DNA from: an uncultured delta proteobacterium
GTDB lineage: Bacteria; Myxococcota_A; UBA9160; UBA4427
NCBI GenBank assembly: GCA_963822965.1
Contig: CAWGJT010000012.1
Coordinates: 384,001-448,000 of the forward strand
Length of the DNA: 64,000 nt
Reading direction: 5' to 3'
A model generated the notes under the pieces. That model was not told the DNA's origin. It saw only the letters and a program-made list of their open reading frames with translations, and made no database searches. A program made the translations under genes and the position numbers. Shown in pieces: positions 53,888 to 64,000 of this stretch (position 1 is its first letter; every line of letters begins with the position of its first letter).

Positions 53888-54361
53888 GGTGGGGGCCTCT
53901 TCTGCTTGCGGGCTCTGCTCCGGACAGCGCCTGGAGGGAACGAGCACGTCGGTGTTCCGGGTTGGGGGTCTGCGGGATCCGACGGTGTGCGCCATCCACC
54001 GAATCCACGCGCTCCGCTGCTTCGATCCACGTGTGTCGACCGTTCCGGTCGACTTGCGAATCCAGCTTCGACTTCGTCTTCGGGCTTCGGATGCTCTTCC
54101 GGCTTCCTCTCCCGTCTCTTCTCCAGGAACTCTCCACCGCCACATGCTCGCCAAGCGCTTCGCCAAGCGCTCTCCGAGCTCGCTTCGCTGTGAGCTCTCT
54201 TCCGTGAGCTCTCGTCCGACTCTGTGCGTCGTGTCTCGCAGTCTGGTCCTTCTGCAGTCTGCCCGACCACCGCCCCATGGGGGAGTCGGACGGCACAGAG
54301 GATACTCGACGCCGGGTCGGCTTTCATCCTCCCCCGATACTGCGCGACAACTGCACGCGAG

Positions 54362-54412
54362 CGTCATGAAATGACGTTTCGATTGACCCCGGATTTCGCC
54401 CGGTGATAGGAT
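54362..54412 (+). promoter_or_regulatory. Promoter candidate for the histidine kinase with upstream palindrome
   Basis: CGTCAT-gaa-ATGACG at 54362-54376; TTGACC(54383)-N18-TAGGAT(54407) with TG extension. Confidence 0.4.
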
Positions 54413-54446
54413 GCCCCCGCCCAATGCATCGAGACGCTGCAGACGA

Positions 54447-55943
54447 ATGACGCTTCGCTCCCCGCAAATTCGCAGCATCCCGACCCACGAGATTCTCGAA
54501 GGGCTCTCCCGCCTCCACCCGTTCGTGTTGCTGGCCGACCGTGACGGCCGCATCGAGTGGATGAGCTCGCGCCTCCAGGATCGGCTTCGCAAGAAGGGAC
54601 CGGAGGCCGCCTGCGCAGCGAGCGGCGAGGATCGGATCGGTCGCCTGCTGGCGCAGCTCCCGGAGCGCCGGCAGCTCGAGGCGCTGTGTGCCGATCTGCA
54701 CGCGGATGGAGGCGCAGGAAGCGTGCGACTCGACATCGGCACCGCGCACGGAACGCGGATCCGGGTCGAGGCCAGCGCCTTCACGGTGGAGGTCGACACG
54801 CCGAACGACCCGCACTACGTGGTGATCGCTCGTCCCGAGGGCGAAGGCGAGCAGAACGCGCGCGAGCTCAGCGGCGCCGTCGATCTACTCTCGCAGATCG
54901 TGGACCGCTCGCCCAACGGCGTCCTGGCGACCGACCGATCCGGCTACATCACCTATGCGAACCCGCGCGCGGCCGAGTTCCTGGGCCACGCGGCGGAGGA
55001 CCTCGTCGGCCGCCCGGTGGCCATCTTCCTGCCGCGGTCGACCGGCTTCGAGGATCTGCTCGAGCGCCTCCGTCACCCCATGGGCTGGGACGGAGAAGAG
55101 ATGGAGCGGATCGACGCCCGCGGACACAGCACCCGGGTCTCGATCTCGACGCGCCCCCTGCTCGGGAGCGAAGGGCGGCCGGCCGGCGTGATCACCTACC
55201 TGCGCGACGTCACGCGCCGGCACCAGGTGCAACGCGAGCTCGAGCGAAAGAACCTCGAGCTCGAGAGCTACGTCGACAGCGTGGCCCACGACCTCCGCTC
55301 TCCGTTGGTGTCGCTGCTGGGCTTCACGCACCTGCTGAAGCAGGACTACGAGGACGTCCTGGACGAGCAGGGCAACCACTTCCTGGATCGCGTCGAGCAG
55401 GCGGGGCGCACGATGGACGCGCTGATCCACGACCTCCTCGAGCTCACGCGCATCCGGAGGGCCGGCGAGATTCGCGCCCTGCTCGATCCCCGATCGGTGC
55501 TGCTGCAGGTGGAAGCCGAGCTCAAGCTGCGGATGGAGGAGCACGGGGTGGCGGTGACACTGCCCAGCGATCCGCCCATGATGCGCGTCGACGCCACGCA
55601 CCTCTACCAGGTCTTCTCGAATCTGATCGGAAACGCGCTCTGCCACGGCTTCGGCGGCGAGCGCGGGACCTCCGCACCCCCTCGCATCGAGATCGAGATC
55701 CGTGAGCAGGAGGCCGGAGATGAGATCGTGGTCTCCGACAACGGATGCGGAATCGCCCCGGAGGACCAGGAGCGCATCTTCGAGGTGTTCCGAACGGGTC
55801 GGGGCGTGCGGCGCGGCGAGCGCTCCCACGGCATCGGCCTCGCGATCGTCAAGAAGATCGCCGAGGCGCACGACGGTCGCGTCTGGGTGGAGAGCCGACC
55901 CGGCGAGGGCGCCAGCTTCCACGTCCTGTTTCCGCACGAGTGA
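54447..55943 (+). CDS. Cytoplasmic PAS-domain sensor histidine kinase
   Basis: Two PAS-like regions, VAHDLRSPL (H box), NLIGNA, DNGCGI, GIGLAIVKKI. Confidence 0.9.
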   Translation: MTLRSPQIRSIPTHEILEGLSRLHPFVLLADRDGRIEWMSSRLQDRLRKKGPEAACAASGEDRIGRLLAQLPERRQLEALCADLHADGGAGSVRLDIGTAHGTRIRVEASAFTVEVDTPNDPHYVVIARPEGEGEQNARELSGAVDLLSQIVDRSPNGVLATDRSGYITYANPRAAEFLGHAAEDLVGRPVAIFLPRSTGFEDLLERLRHPMGWDGEEMERIDARGHSTRVSISTRPLLGSEGRPAGVITYLRDVTRRHQVQRELERKNLELESYVDSVAHDLRSPLVSLLGFTHLLKQDYEDVLDEQGNHFLDRVEQAGRTMDALIHDLLELTRIRRAGEIRALLDPRSVLLQVEAELKLRMEEHGVAVTLPSDPPMMRVDATHLYQVFSNLIGNALCHGFGGERGTSAPPRIEIEIREQEAGDEIVVSDNGCGIAPEDQERIFEVFRTGRGVRRGERSHGIGLAIVKKIAEAHDGRVWVESRPGEGASFHVLFPHE

Positions 55944-55987
55944 AGGTCGCGCCGCTCCCGCACGAGTGAAGGTCGCGCCGCTCCCGC
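55932..55987. repeat. 26-bp tandem duplication spanning the kinase stop codon
   Basis: CCGCACGAGTGAAGGTCGCGCCGCTC at 55932 and 55958, plus partial at 55984. Confidence 0.9.
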
Positions 55988-56063
55988 GAGCGAGGGGGGC
56001 GGGCGCCCTCCGAGCCGCGGCCTGCTTGCCCGGGAACCTGCGGTCCCGTAGCCTGCGCCCACC

Positions 56064-56822
56064 TTGTACCCCGAGCTCTTCCGAATCCCCTATCTCGATT
56101 ACCCCATCAGCACGTTCGGCGTGATGATGGCCCTCGCCTTCCTCACCGGATTCTGGATCACGGCGAAGCGGATGGAGGAAGAGGGGCTCGACCCCGAGCT
56201 CGCCTCCACGCTGCTCGTCTACGCGATGTTCGGGGGGCTGCTGGGCTCGAAGCTCTACTACGCGATCGACGTCGGGCTGCGCACCGGGGCGCCCTTCAGC
56301 GAGCTCTTCTTCTCGCGCGCCGGCATCACCTGGTACGGCGGGCTGCTGGGCGGCACGCTGGCCTGCTACATCGGGGCGCGAATCCACCGCGTCAGCTTCC
56401 TCACGCTGGCGAACTGCTCGGCGACCACGTTGGCCGTCGGGCAGGCCCTGGGCCGGGTCGGCTGCTTCCTCGTGGGCGACGACTACGGCCGGCCGACCGA
56501 TCTGCCCTGGGCGGTCGCCTTTCCCCAGGGCGCCCCGCCCACCGACGAGCCCGTCCACCCCACGCAGCTCTACGAGGTCGCGTGGCTCCTGCCCGTGGCG
56601 GCGTTCCTCTGGTGGCGGCGCAAGCGCAGCCCGTTCGTGTTCGGCGAGTACCTGATCGCCAACGGCGCCGGACGGATGGTGATCGAGCAGTGGCGCGTGA
56701 ACCCGGAAGTCGCTCTCGGCCTGACCGAGCCCCAGTGGATCGGGGTCGCGCTGGTGGTCGCCGGCGTGGCGGGGTGGCTCTACTTCTACGCAAGGCAGCA
56801 GGCCGGCCGCGCCGTCGTGTGA
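56064..56822 (+). CDS. lgt: Prolipoprotein diacylglyceryl transferase
   Basis: GITWYGG, GQALGRVGCF, VHPTQLYE; TTG start. Confidence 0.9.
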   Translation: MYPELFRIPYLDYPISTFGVMMALAFLTGFWITAKRMEEEGLDPELASTLLVYAMFGGLLGSKLYYAIDVGLRTGAPFSELFFSRAGITWYGGLLGGTLACYIGARIHRVSFLTLANCSATTLAVGQALGRVGCFLVGDDYGRPTDLPWAVAFPQGAPPTDEPVHPTQLYEVAWLLPVAAFLWWRRKRSPFVFGEYLIANGAGRMVIEQWRVNPEVALGLTEPQWIGVALVVAGVAGWLYFYARQQAGRAVV

Positions 56823-56826
56823 GCGG

Positions 56827-56877
56827 CGGCCTCAGGCGGACGCGATCTTCTTCGGCCTCAGGCGGACGCGATCTTCT
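56827..56877. repeat. 26-bp tandem duplication spanning the stop codon of the 56858 gene
   Basis: CGGCCTCAGGCGGACGCGATCTTCT at 56827 and 56853. Confidence 0.9.
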
Positions 56878-57843
56878 CCAGCCGGATCGCGACCTCCCGC
56901 GCCTCGCGCAAGAGCTCCGGGTGCTTCGCGGGGGCCACCAGGGTCGGCATCCTCCTCAGCACCGCGGAGGCCAGCTCGACCCCCACGTTCACGGGACGGG
57001 GCGAGTCGAGCCAGACGCGGAGCGAACGAACTCCCTCGGCATGGTCGCCGTCGAGAAAGGCGCACATGCCCCGCGCGTAGGCCTCGAGGGGCACGAGCTC
57101 CAGCTCGGCCTCCTCCGGTGCGTCGTCCCCCCCGTTCGCTCCCGGGCCTCTCGGATGAGCGAGATCGCCTCCCGGAAGTGCGCGCTCTCGAGATGGGAGC
57201 GAATCGCGTGGAGGTACGCGGTCGCGACGTGACGGTGGACGCGAGCGAGCAGCGCCAGCGCGCCCTCGGGATAGACCGCCTGCACCTCGGACGGGTGCTC
57301 CAGCAGGAAGCGCGTCACCAGGCCGAGGGCGATGGCGGCTCCGGGGGACGACTCGGCGTGCACCACGGCCTCCTCGAGCAGCGCCACCAGCAGCCGGCGG
57401 GTCTGCTCGAGCAGGGTCTCCGTCTCGCGAAGCGACTCCCCGAGCCGGGCGGATGCGGCGCGGATGATCTTCTCGAACTCCGTCAGCAGCTCGTCGGAGC
57501 CACCGTTCTCGGCTTCGCGGAGCGCGCGCACCCTCGGCCCGTAGACCTCGAGCTGGTACAGGTTCTCGCGAAACTTCAGGGCCTCGTGAAAGAGCGAGCC
57601 CACCGCCAGATCGAAGAGCGCCTCGCCCCGCCGGACGGGAAGCTCGGGGTTGCGGTCCCGGAACAGCCAGTGCACCCGCTCCTTCAGTCGGAAGAGGACG
57701 CTCGAGTCGCTGTCCGCGACCACGGCCTTCACCTCGTCGAAGTGCAGCGAGCCCGCGCGGAAGCGCTCGAACATCTGCGCGAAGCGCTGGTGCACGGTGA
57801 CGAAGTCGCGGACGATGTCGACGAGGCCAGCACGAGCGGCCAT
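56858..57843 (-). CDS. Hypothetical alpha-helical protein; frameshift in G7 run at 57127-57133
   Basis: ORF 56989-57843 (AGGAG RBS) joins ORF 56858-57094 if one G is added to the homopolymer. Confidence 0.6.
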
Positions 57844-57903
57844 GTCGGGTTCTCCTTGCCTGCGGCCCCTCCCGGTCTCACCCGGGAAGGCCGGCCTCGG
57901 ACA

Positions 57904-58200
57904 TCAAGCGCGGAAGCGAGAGGTCTCCGGGGCCAACACCAGATCCGACGAGCTCTCCGGATGGAGCTTGCGGGCCCGGGTGAAGAGCAGCCCCTCGGGC
58001 TCCACGTTGTTGGGGTCCGGGACGCAGCAGTCGACGGGACACACCGCCGCGCACTGCTCGGTATCGTGGAAGCCGACGCACTCGGTGCACCGCTCGGGGT
58101 CGATCTGGAAGCCCTCGCGCCCCTCGTGGATGGCCTGGTTGGGACACTCGGGCTCACACACTCCGCAGTGGATGCACAACTCGGTGATCATCGTCGACAT
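57904..58200 (-). CDS. 2x[4Fe-4S] ferredoxin, YfhL-like
   Basis: CIHCGVCEPECP and CTECVGFHDTEQCAAVCPVDCC. Confidence 0.9.
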   Translation of the reverse strand: MSTMITELCIHCGVCEPECPNQAIHEGREGFQIDPERCTECVGFHDTEQCAAVCPVDCCVPDPNNVEPEGLLFTRARKLHPESSSDLVLAPETSRFRA

Positions 58201-58657
58201 CGCCGCGCCACCCCTCGCCGAGCCGGAACCTCCGCTCCGTCCGAAATCGTCGCAGACCATCCCTCATCGGGCAGGTCCAGGACCACCCTGAACCGACGCG
58301 CGCCTGGCGAGCTCCCGGGCGGGCGCCGGACAGATCCCGCGGGGCCCCATTGGCACCCGATCCCCGGGGCTCCCGTGGCGCCGTTCCAGACACCGTCTCA
58401 GGGGCTATCCTACGCCTCACGCGTCCTTCTGGATGCCGCTCCGGGTTGCTTGTTGGCCCCGGCGGAGTCGCCTACTTTCGGAGCCCGCGCCCGGCTCCCG
58501 GTCGAGAAGGCCCGAAGCGTCTCCAGCCAGAAGCGTGCCCGCGGGAGGTCCTACGGCGCCCGAGGGGGCCCGAACCAGCGAAGTGCCACTCCCGAGCCAC
58601 GGGACCCCGTTCGCACCCCTGCGAGGCCCGTAGGCCCTGCCAGACGAGGAATCCGAG

Positions 58658-60351
58658 ATGAGCGAGCCTGAACGCGAGAGCATGGAAGTCGACGTCCTCT
58701 TCGTCGGAGCCGGACCGGCCACCCTGGCGTCCGCCTACCACCTGATGAAGGAGGTCGAACGGCACAACGAGCAGGCGGAAGCCCAGGGGCGCCCCCCGTC
58801 GAGCCGCCCACGGTGCTCGTCATCGAGAAGGGTGCCGGCGTGGGCGACCACCAGCTCTCCGGTGGCGTCATGAACCCGCGCGCGATCCGGGAGCTGATCC
58901 CGGACTTCGTCGAGCAGGGGTTCCCGACGGAGTACGTCTGCGACGACGCCGCCTTCATGGCGTTCCTGCCCGGCATGGCGATCCGCTCTCCCGTGACGCC
59001 GCCGAACTTCCAGAAGAAGGGCTACCACGTCGTCTCCCTGTCCAACGTCGTGAAGTGGCTGGCCGAGAAGTGCGAGGCGCTGGGCGTCGAGATCTACCCC
59101 GGCTTCGCAGGGGCGGAGCTCCTGACCGAAGGCGATCGCGTGATCGGCGTCCGCACCGGGGACATGGGCATCGACAAGGATGGTAAGCCCAAGGCCAACT
59201 ACCAGCCGGGGATGGACATCGTCGCCCGGGTGACCGTGCTGGGAGAGGGGGTCCGCGGCAGCCTCACGAAGGAGCTCATCCGACGCTTCGAGCTGCAGGG
59301 CGAGAACCCGGACACGTACGAGACCGGAATCAAGGAGATCTGGCGGGTCAAGCCCGAGAACCACAAGCCGGGTCGCGTGATCCACGGCAGCGAGTTCCCC
59401 CGCTTCTTCTCCGAGCCCCACGGCATGTGGCTCTACGACATGAAGGACAACCTCGTGTCCTTCGGCTTCGTGACGCCACTCAACAGCGAGTCGCCGCACA
59501 ACGACCCGCACCTCAACGCCCAGAAGTTCAAGACCCATCCGTTCATGCGGAAGCTGCTCGAAGGCGCCGAGCTGGTGCGCTACGGCGCCAAGTGCATCCC
59601 GACGGGCGGTCTCTACGGGCAGCCCAAGCTCTACTGCAACGGCGCGATGCTCGTCGGCGATTCGGCCAACTTCTGCAACATCTACAAGCTCGCGGGCATC
59701 CACATGGCGATCAAGTCGGGCATGATGGCGGCGGAGACCATCGTCGACGGCCTGCTGGCCAGCGACTTCTCCGCCAAGACCCTGGGCGCCTATACCGAGC
59801 GCTACAAGGCGAGCTGGGCGTACGAGGAGCATCTCGAGGGCCGCAACTTCACGGGCTCGATGGAGATCAGCCCGCTCTTCTTCATGGGCGTCAACATGCC
59901 CCTGATGATGATCACGGGCGGCCGCGGCCTGATGGATCCGATCCACACCCACCCCGGGCACAAGGCCATGAAGAAGCTGTGGGAGCTCCCCCGGGAGAAG
60001 CGGGAGAAGGAGCCCTTCGAGTTCGACGGCGTGCTGACCTTCAGCAAGGAGCATCTCGTCGGCTTCAGCGGGACCACCCACGAGGCGGACCAGGTGCCCC
60101 ATCTGCACGTCTCGGACACCGACCTGTGCGCGACCACCTGCGCGGAGGAGTACGGCAACCCGTGCGAGAACTTCTGCCCGGCGGCCGTCTACGAGATGGT
60201 TCCCGACACGGCCAACCCGGGGAAGAACAAGCTCTTCATCCACCACGAGAACTGCGTCCACTGCAAGACCTGCGACATCGCCGACCCCTATCAGGTGATC
60301 ACGTGGACGACGCCCCAGGGCGGCGAAGGACCCGACTACACGAACATGTAG
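58658..60351 (+). CDS. Electron transfer flavoprotein-ubiquinone oxidoreductase; frameshift in C run near 58792
   Basis: RESMEVDVLFVGAGPA, VIEKG, TGDMGIDKDG, GIHMAIKSG, CPAAVYE, NCVHCKTCDIADP, GGEGPDY. Confidence 0.9.
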
Positions 60352-60362
60352 GAGGGATCGCC

Positions 60363-60388
60363 CCGGGAGGTCGAAACCGACCTCCCGG
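60363..60388. terminator. Hairpin between convergent ETF-QO and IMPase genes
   Basis: CCGGGAGGTCG-AAAC-CGACCTCCCGG 11-bp stem. Confidence 0.55.
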
Positions 60389-60402
60389 AGACCGAAGCCG
60401 GC

Positions 60403-61236
60403 TCAGTCGATTCCCGCGGCGGCGAGCGCGTCTGCCAGAAGCGCCTGGTCTTCCTCCCGGGCCGTCACCCGCAAGGTGGCGGCCCGGGTCGTATCGTCCC
60501 CGGGAAACTCCGTTCCACCGTTGCTGCGCGCGACGCCACCGGCCTCGACCGCGAGCAGCACCCCGATCCGGCCGCGGATGCTGATGCCGATTCCGTCGCC
60601 GCTGGACACCCTCAGCCCGGCACGCACCCCCGGAATCAGCGGCGCGATCGCGATGGCGCCGCCGCAGGCGGGGACCACCTCGCAGCCGGCGGCCCGGAGG
60701 GACGAGACGCACGGGGCCGGAAGCTCGTGGGAGACCAGAACGCGGGTGCCACCGGTCTGCAGGCGGGCGGGCCGAAGAGGCCCCCCGGCACGCGCGCGGA
60801 AGACCCCCGCACCCCGGGCGCCGGCGAAGAGCATCCCCTCGCGCGGCAGCGCGATGAGCCCCGCCTCGTACCGACCCCGCACGACGAGCCCGACCATCAC
60901 CGCGTAGGGTCCCTTGCCCTCGAGGTACGAGTGCAGGGTGCCGTCGATGGGATCGATCACCACCCGGGCCTCGCCCTTCTCGGGGAAGCGAGCGACCGTG
61001 GGCGTGTCCTCTTCCGCGGCGACGCAGACCCCGGGAAAGTGCTCGTAGACGCACGCGAGCACGGCCTCCTGGGCGCGCGTGTCCGCTTCGGTGAGCGCCT
61101 GCTTGGCCAGGCCCGTCTCATGGCGCTTCGGCACGTTCGCCACGGCGCCTTCCAGGGAACGCGCGAGGCGCGCCGCCTCGCCCACCCCGGGCGCGAGCAG
61201 GCGGATGAAGTCGCTGCCGGCGATGGTGTCCTGCAT
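60403..61236 (-). CDS. Inositol monophosphatase-family protein
   Basis: TEAD...AEE...VIDPIDGT, ARGAG. Confidence 0.82.
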   Translation of the reverse strand: MQDTIAGSDFIRLLAPGVGEAARLARSLEGAVANVPKRHETGLAKQALTEADTRAQEAVLACVYEHFPGVCVAAEEDTPTVARFPEKGEARVVIDPIDGTLHSYLEGKGPYAVMVGLVVRGRYEAGLIALPREGMLFAGARGAGVFRARAGGPLRPARLQTGGTRVLVSHELPAPCVSSLRAAGCEVVPACGGAIAIAPLIPGVRAGLRVSSGDGIGISIRGRIGVLLAVEAGGVARSNGGTEFPGDDTTRAATLRVTAREEDQALLADALAAAGID

Positions 61237-61246
61237 GGACGCCCGG

Positions 61247-62440
61247 CTACGGAGCCGTGATCTCCGGGCTCTCGGTCGCCCCGGGCGCCCACGCCCCGGG
61301 CGAGGAGAGGGTCTGCGGCCACGAGAGCATCCACGGCCACGCCGCCGCGAGGGCCTGGGGCCAGAGGTAGTGGAATCCCGGAGACGGCCACCCGGGCATC
61401 GCGCGGGCGCTGGGCGGCGGGAGCGACGCCCGCGTGTACAGGTTCCGGCGCCACTCGTTGGTGCGGTGATAGCTCACGACGAAGGACCGGTTCACGCCCA
61501 CACGCGCCTCGAGCCGTCCCACCGCGTCCTCGATGGTGCCAATGTGGTCGATGAGGCCGTTCTCGAGCGCCTGGGGAGCGCTGTAGATTCGGCCGTCCGC
61601 CAGCTCGTCGACGCGCTCCCGGGACAGGCGCGGACGGCCCGCGTCGACCACCTCGCGAAAGCGCTCGTAGAGATCGTCGATCACGCTCTGCAGGATCGCG
61701 CGCTCTTCCGGGGTCTGGGGGCGGGTCATCGATCCGGCGTCCTTGTAACGCCCTCCGGTGATCGTCTGGTCCTCGACTCCCCATCGCTCCATGAGCCCCG
61801 AGAAGTTGAGGCTGGCGAAGAGGACGCCGATCGAGCCCGTCACCGCCGTCGGCTCCGCGACGATCTCGTCGGCGGCCATGGCGACGTAGTAGCCCCCCGA
61901 CGCCGCCATGCCGTAGAAGTGGGCGACGATCGGAATGGCCTGCTGGCGCTTGAAGCGCAGGAGCTCCGAGTAGATCACGTCGCTCGGCGTGGCTTCGCCG
62001 CCGGGACTGTCGATGCGGAGCAGGATCCCGCGGACGCTCTCGTCGGCGCGCGCGCGGTCGAGCTGCTCGCGAATGCGCCCGGCGGTGCTCTCCTGGCTCA
62101 GGCCGAGCAGTCCCACCGGCTCGCCTTCTCCGATCACGCCGTCCACCTCGATCAGGACGAACTTCGGGGACGAGCGGTCGGCGTCGTGGCTGTAGATGAC
62201 CGTCTCGACGAAGGGGGATCGGCCCTCGCCGAACAGGTCGATCTGGATGCATCCGACGAGCAGCGATGCCAGCGGCGCCAGCAGGAGCGCCGCTCGACGC
62301 CCCTTCGGACGGCCTTCCGCAGGCCGAGATCCGCGCCGAGCCCGCAGCGGAAGCGAAGGAACGGGAGCGCGGGGCTCCGCGGTCGCCCCCCAACGACCGA
62401 CGATTCCCCGCGCTCCCAGGCGCCTGTTCAAGCGAGCCAC
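61247..62440 (-). CDS. sppA: Signal peptide peptidase SppA (S49); start uncertain
   Basis: Lipobox-like LLVGC, LRIDSPGG, AASGGYY, TGSIGV, ADGRIY, GLIDHIG. Confidence 0.88.
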   Translation of the reverse strand: MARLNRRLGARGIVGRWGATAEPRAPVPSLPLRARRGSRPAEGRPKGRRAALLLAPLASLLVGCIQIDLFGEGRSPFVETVIYSHDADRSSPKFVLIEVDGVIGEGEPVGLLGLSQESTAGRIREQLDRARADESVRGILLRIDSPGGEATPSDVIYSELLRFKRQQAIPIVAHFYGMAASGGYYVAMAADEIVAEPTAVTGSIGVLFASLNFSGLMERWGVEDQTITGGRYKDAGSMTRPQTPEERAILQSVIDDLYERFREVVDAGRPRLSRERVDELADGRIYSAPQALENGLIDHIGTIEDAVGRLEARVGVNRSFVVSYHRTNEWRRNLYTRASLPPPSARAMPGWPSPGFHYLWPQALAAAWPWMLSWPQTLSSPGAWAPGATESPEITAP

Positions 62441-62486
62441 CCCTTCGAGCGAGCCCTTCCGCGAGCGGCCGCCGCTTGCTCCACGC

Positions 62487-64000
62487 TCAGCTGCAGCCGC
62501 TCGTGCTGCCGCAGTTCGGGCACTTGTAGCAAGCCCCGTTGCGAATCATGATCGAGCCACAGTCCATGCACGACGGCGCATCCGCCTGGTTGACGAAGCT
62601 GCCGACGACCTGGCCGGGAGAGCTCGCCACCGCGCCGCCGGCCACGGCTCCGCGCAGGGGAATCGCGGCAGGCAGCGAGGAGACAGCGGACGGCGCCGAG
62701 ACGGGCCCGGTCGCACCCTCGCTCTCCTCACCGGACTCGCCGAGCTCGTCGTCGGCCTGGCCCTCGAGATAGCGGTTGCCCAGATAGCGGAACACGTAGT
62801 CCACGAGCGACTTCGCGATCGGAATCTCCCGATTGTTCGTGAAGCCCGACGGCTCGAAGCGCGTGTGGCTGAACTTGTCCACCAGCGCCTTCAGGGGCAC
62901 GCCGTACTGGAGCGAGACGGACGTCATCGTCGCGATGGTGTCCATCAGGCCGGAGATCGTGCTGCCCTCCTTCGCCATGCGCAGGAAGATCTCGCCCGGC
63001 TTGCCGTCGTCGTAGAGCCCGACGGTCAGATAGCCTTCGTGGCCCGCGATCGAGAACTTGTGGGTGAAGGCCTGCCGCTCGTCCGGCAGCTTCCGCCGCA
63101 GCGGACGCGCCTCCTGCAGGTTCACGACCTTGGCGCCCTGGCCCTTCTCGCTGCCGGCGTTCAACGGCTGGGTCCGCTTGCTTCCGTCGCGATAGACGGC
63201 GAGCGCCTTCAGGCCGAGCGCCCAGCCCATCGTGTAGGCCTCCATGATGTCGTCGACGCTGGCGTCTTCGGGCAGGTTGACCGTCTTGCTGATCGCTCCC
63301 GAGAGGAAGGGCTGCACCGCACCCATCATGCGCACGTGTCCCATCCAATCGATGGAACGGGTGCCGTTCTGGGGCCGGAACGCGCAGTCGAAGACCGGAA
63401 GGTGCTCGTCCTTGAGGGCCGGAGCGCCTTCGATCGTCTCGTACTCCTCCACGTAGGCGGTGATCAGCTCGATCTCCTCCATCGTGTAGCCGAGGCGCCG
63501 CAGAGCCATCGGGACCGTACGGTTCAGGATCTTCAGGTAGCCGCCGCCGACCAGCTTCTTGTACTTGACGAGCGCGATGTCGGGCTCCACGCCGGTGGTG
63601 TCGCAGTCCATCATGAACGCGATCGTCCCGGTCGGTGCCAGCACCGTCACCTGGCCGTTCTTGTACCCGTGCTGCCGGCCCTGCTCGAGCGCCGACGCCC
63701 AGGTCTTCACCGAAGCGTCGAGCAGATCCGCGGGAACGCCCTCGGCCGCCACCGACTCGGCGGCCGCCTTGTGCATCTCGATGACCTCGAGGAAGGGCTT
63801 GCGGTTGGCCCGATAGCGCGCGAAGGGCCCCATCGCGGAGGCGATCTCCGCGCTCGTCAGGTAGGCCTGTCCGCACATCAGCGACGTGATCGCCGCGGCC
63901 AGGTTGCGGCCCTCGTCCCCGTCGTACGGCTCGCCGAACGCCATCAGCAGCGCGCCCAGGTTCGCGTATCCGAGCCCGAGGGGCCGGTACAGATGGCTGT
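62487..64000 (-). CDS. nrdJ: Vitamin B12-dependent (class II) ribonucleotide reductase, C-terminal part; 5' end beyond the window
   Basis: RPLGLGYANLG, VLAPTGTI, GAISKTVN, YRDGSK, TSCPD-like region, C-terminal CxxC...CxxC and GCS. Confidence 0.92.
   Translation of the reverse strand, partial: SHLYRPLGLGYANLGALLMAFGEPYDGDEGRNLAAAITSLMCGQAYLTSAEIASAMGPFARYRANRKPFLEVIEMHKAAAESVAAEGVPADLLDASVKTWASALEQGRQHGYKNGQVTVLAPTGTIAFMMDCDTTGVEPDIALVKYKKLVGGGYLKILNRTVPMALRRLGYTMEEIELITAYVEEYETIEGAPALKDEHLPVFDCAFRPQNGTRSIDWMGHVRMMGAVQPFLSGAISKTVNLPEDASVDDIMEAYTMGWALGLKALAVYRDGSKRTQPLNAGSEKGQGAKVVNLQEARPLRRKLPDERQAFTHKFSIAGHEGYLTVGLYDDGKPGEIFLRMAKEGSTISGLMDTIATMTSVSLQYGVPLKALVDKFSHTRFEPSGFTNNREIPIAKSLVDYVFRYLGNRYLEGQADDELGESGEESEGATGPVSAPSAVSSLPAAIPLRGAVAGGAVASSPGQVVGSFVNQADAPSCMDCGSIMIRNGACYKCPNCGSTSGCS

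Overview
This is a very GC-rich, gene-dense chromosomal window from a diderm (Gram-negative) bacterium. bamD, lolA, lgt, a PilT-type ATPase, DUF1844 and a TIGR02266-like PilZ protein suggest a Myxococcota/former deltaproteobacterial host, which is an inference. Most of it is housekeeping: peptidoglycan recycling (ldcA-serine hydrolase-mpl), dnaB, rplI/rpsR/rpsF, pdxR-pdxS-pdxT, nhaA, pth-rplY-prs-tRNA-Gln-ispE, bamD, ispG, alaS, recA-cinA-pgpA, ruvX-mltG, mreB, lolA-ftsK, ssb, radC, an ECF sigma/anti-sigma pair, moaC, ETF-QO, sppA and class II RNR. The standout is a complete actinobacterial-type Pup-proteasome operon (arc/mpa-dop-pup-prcB-prcA-pafA, 34784-41804, minus strand). It has an N-terminally extended Pup ending GGQ and a translationally coupled membrane coiled-coil gene. 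It is preceded by about 1.1 kb of non-coding DNA that appears to fold into one or two large structured RNAs. Other oddities are tandem re-duplication of the tRNA-Gln 3' end, short tandem duplications sitting exactly on gene starts and stops, a Pth read-through fusion, and about 11 single-base frameshifts, five of them in pafA. The frameshifts are most likely long-read errors. I saw no CRISPR array, integrase or transposase.
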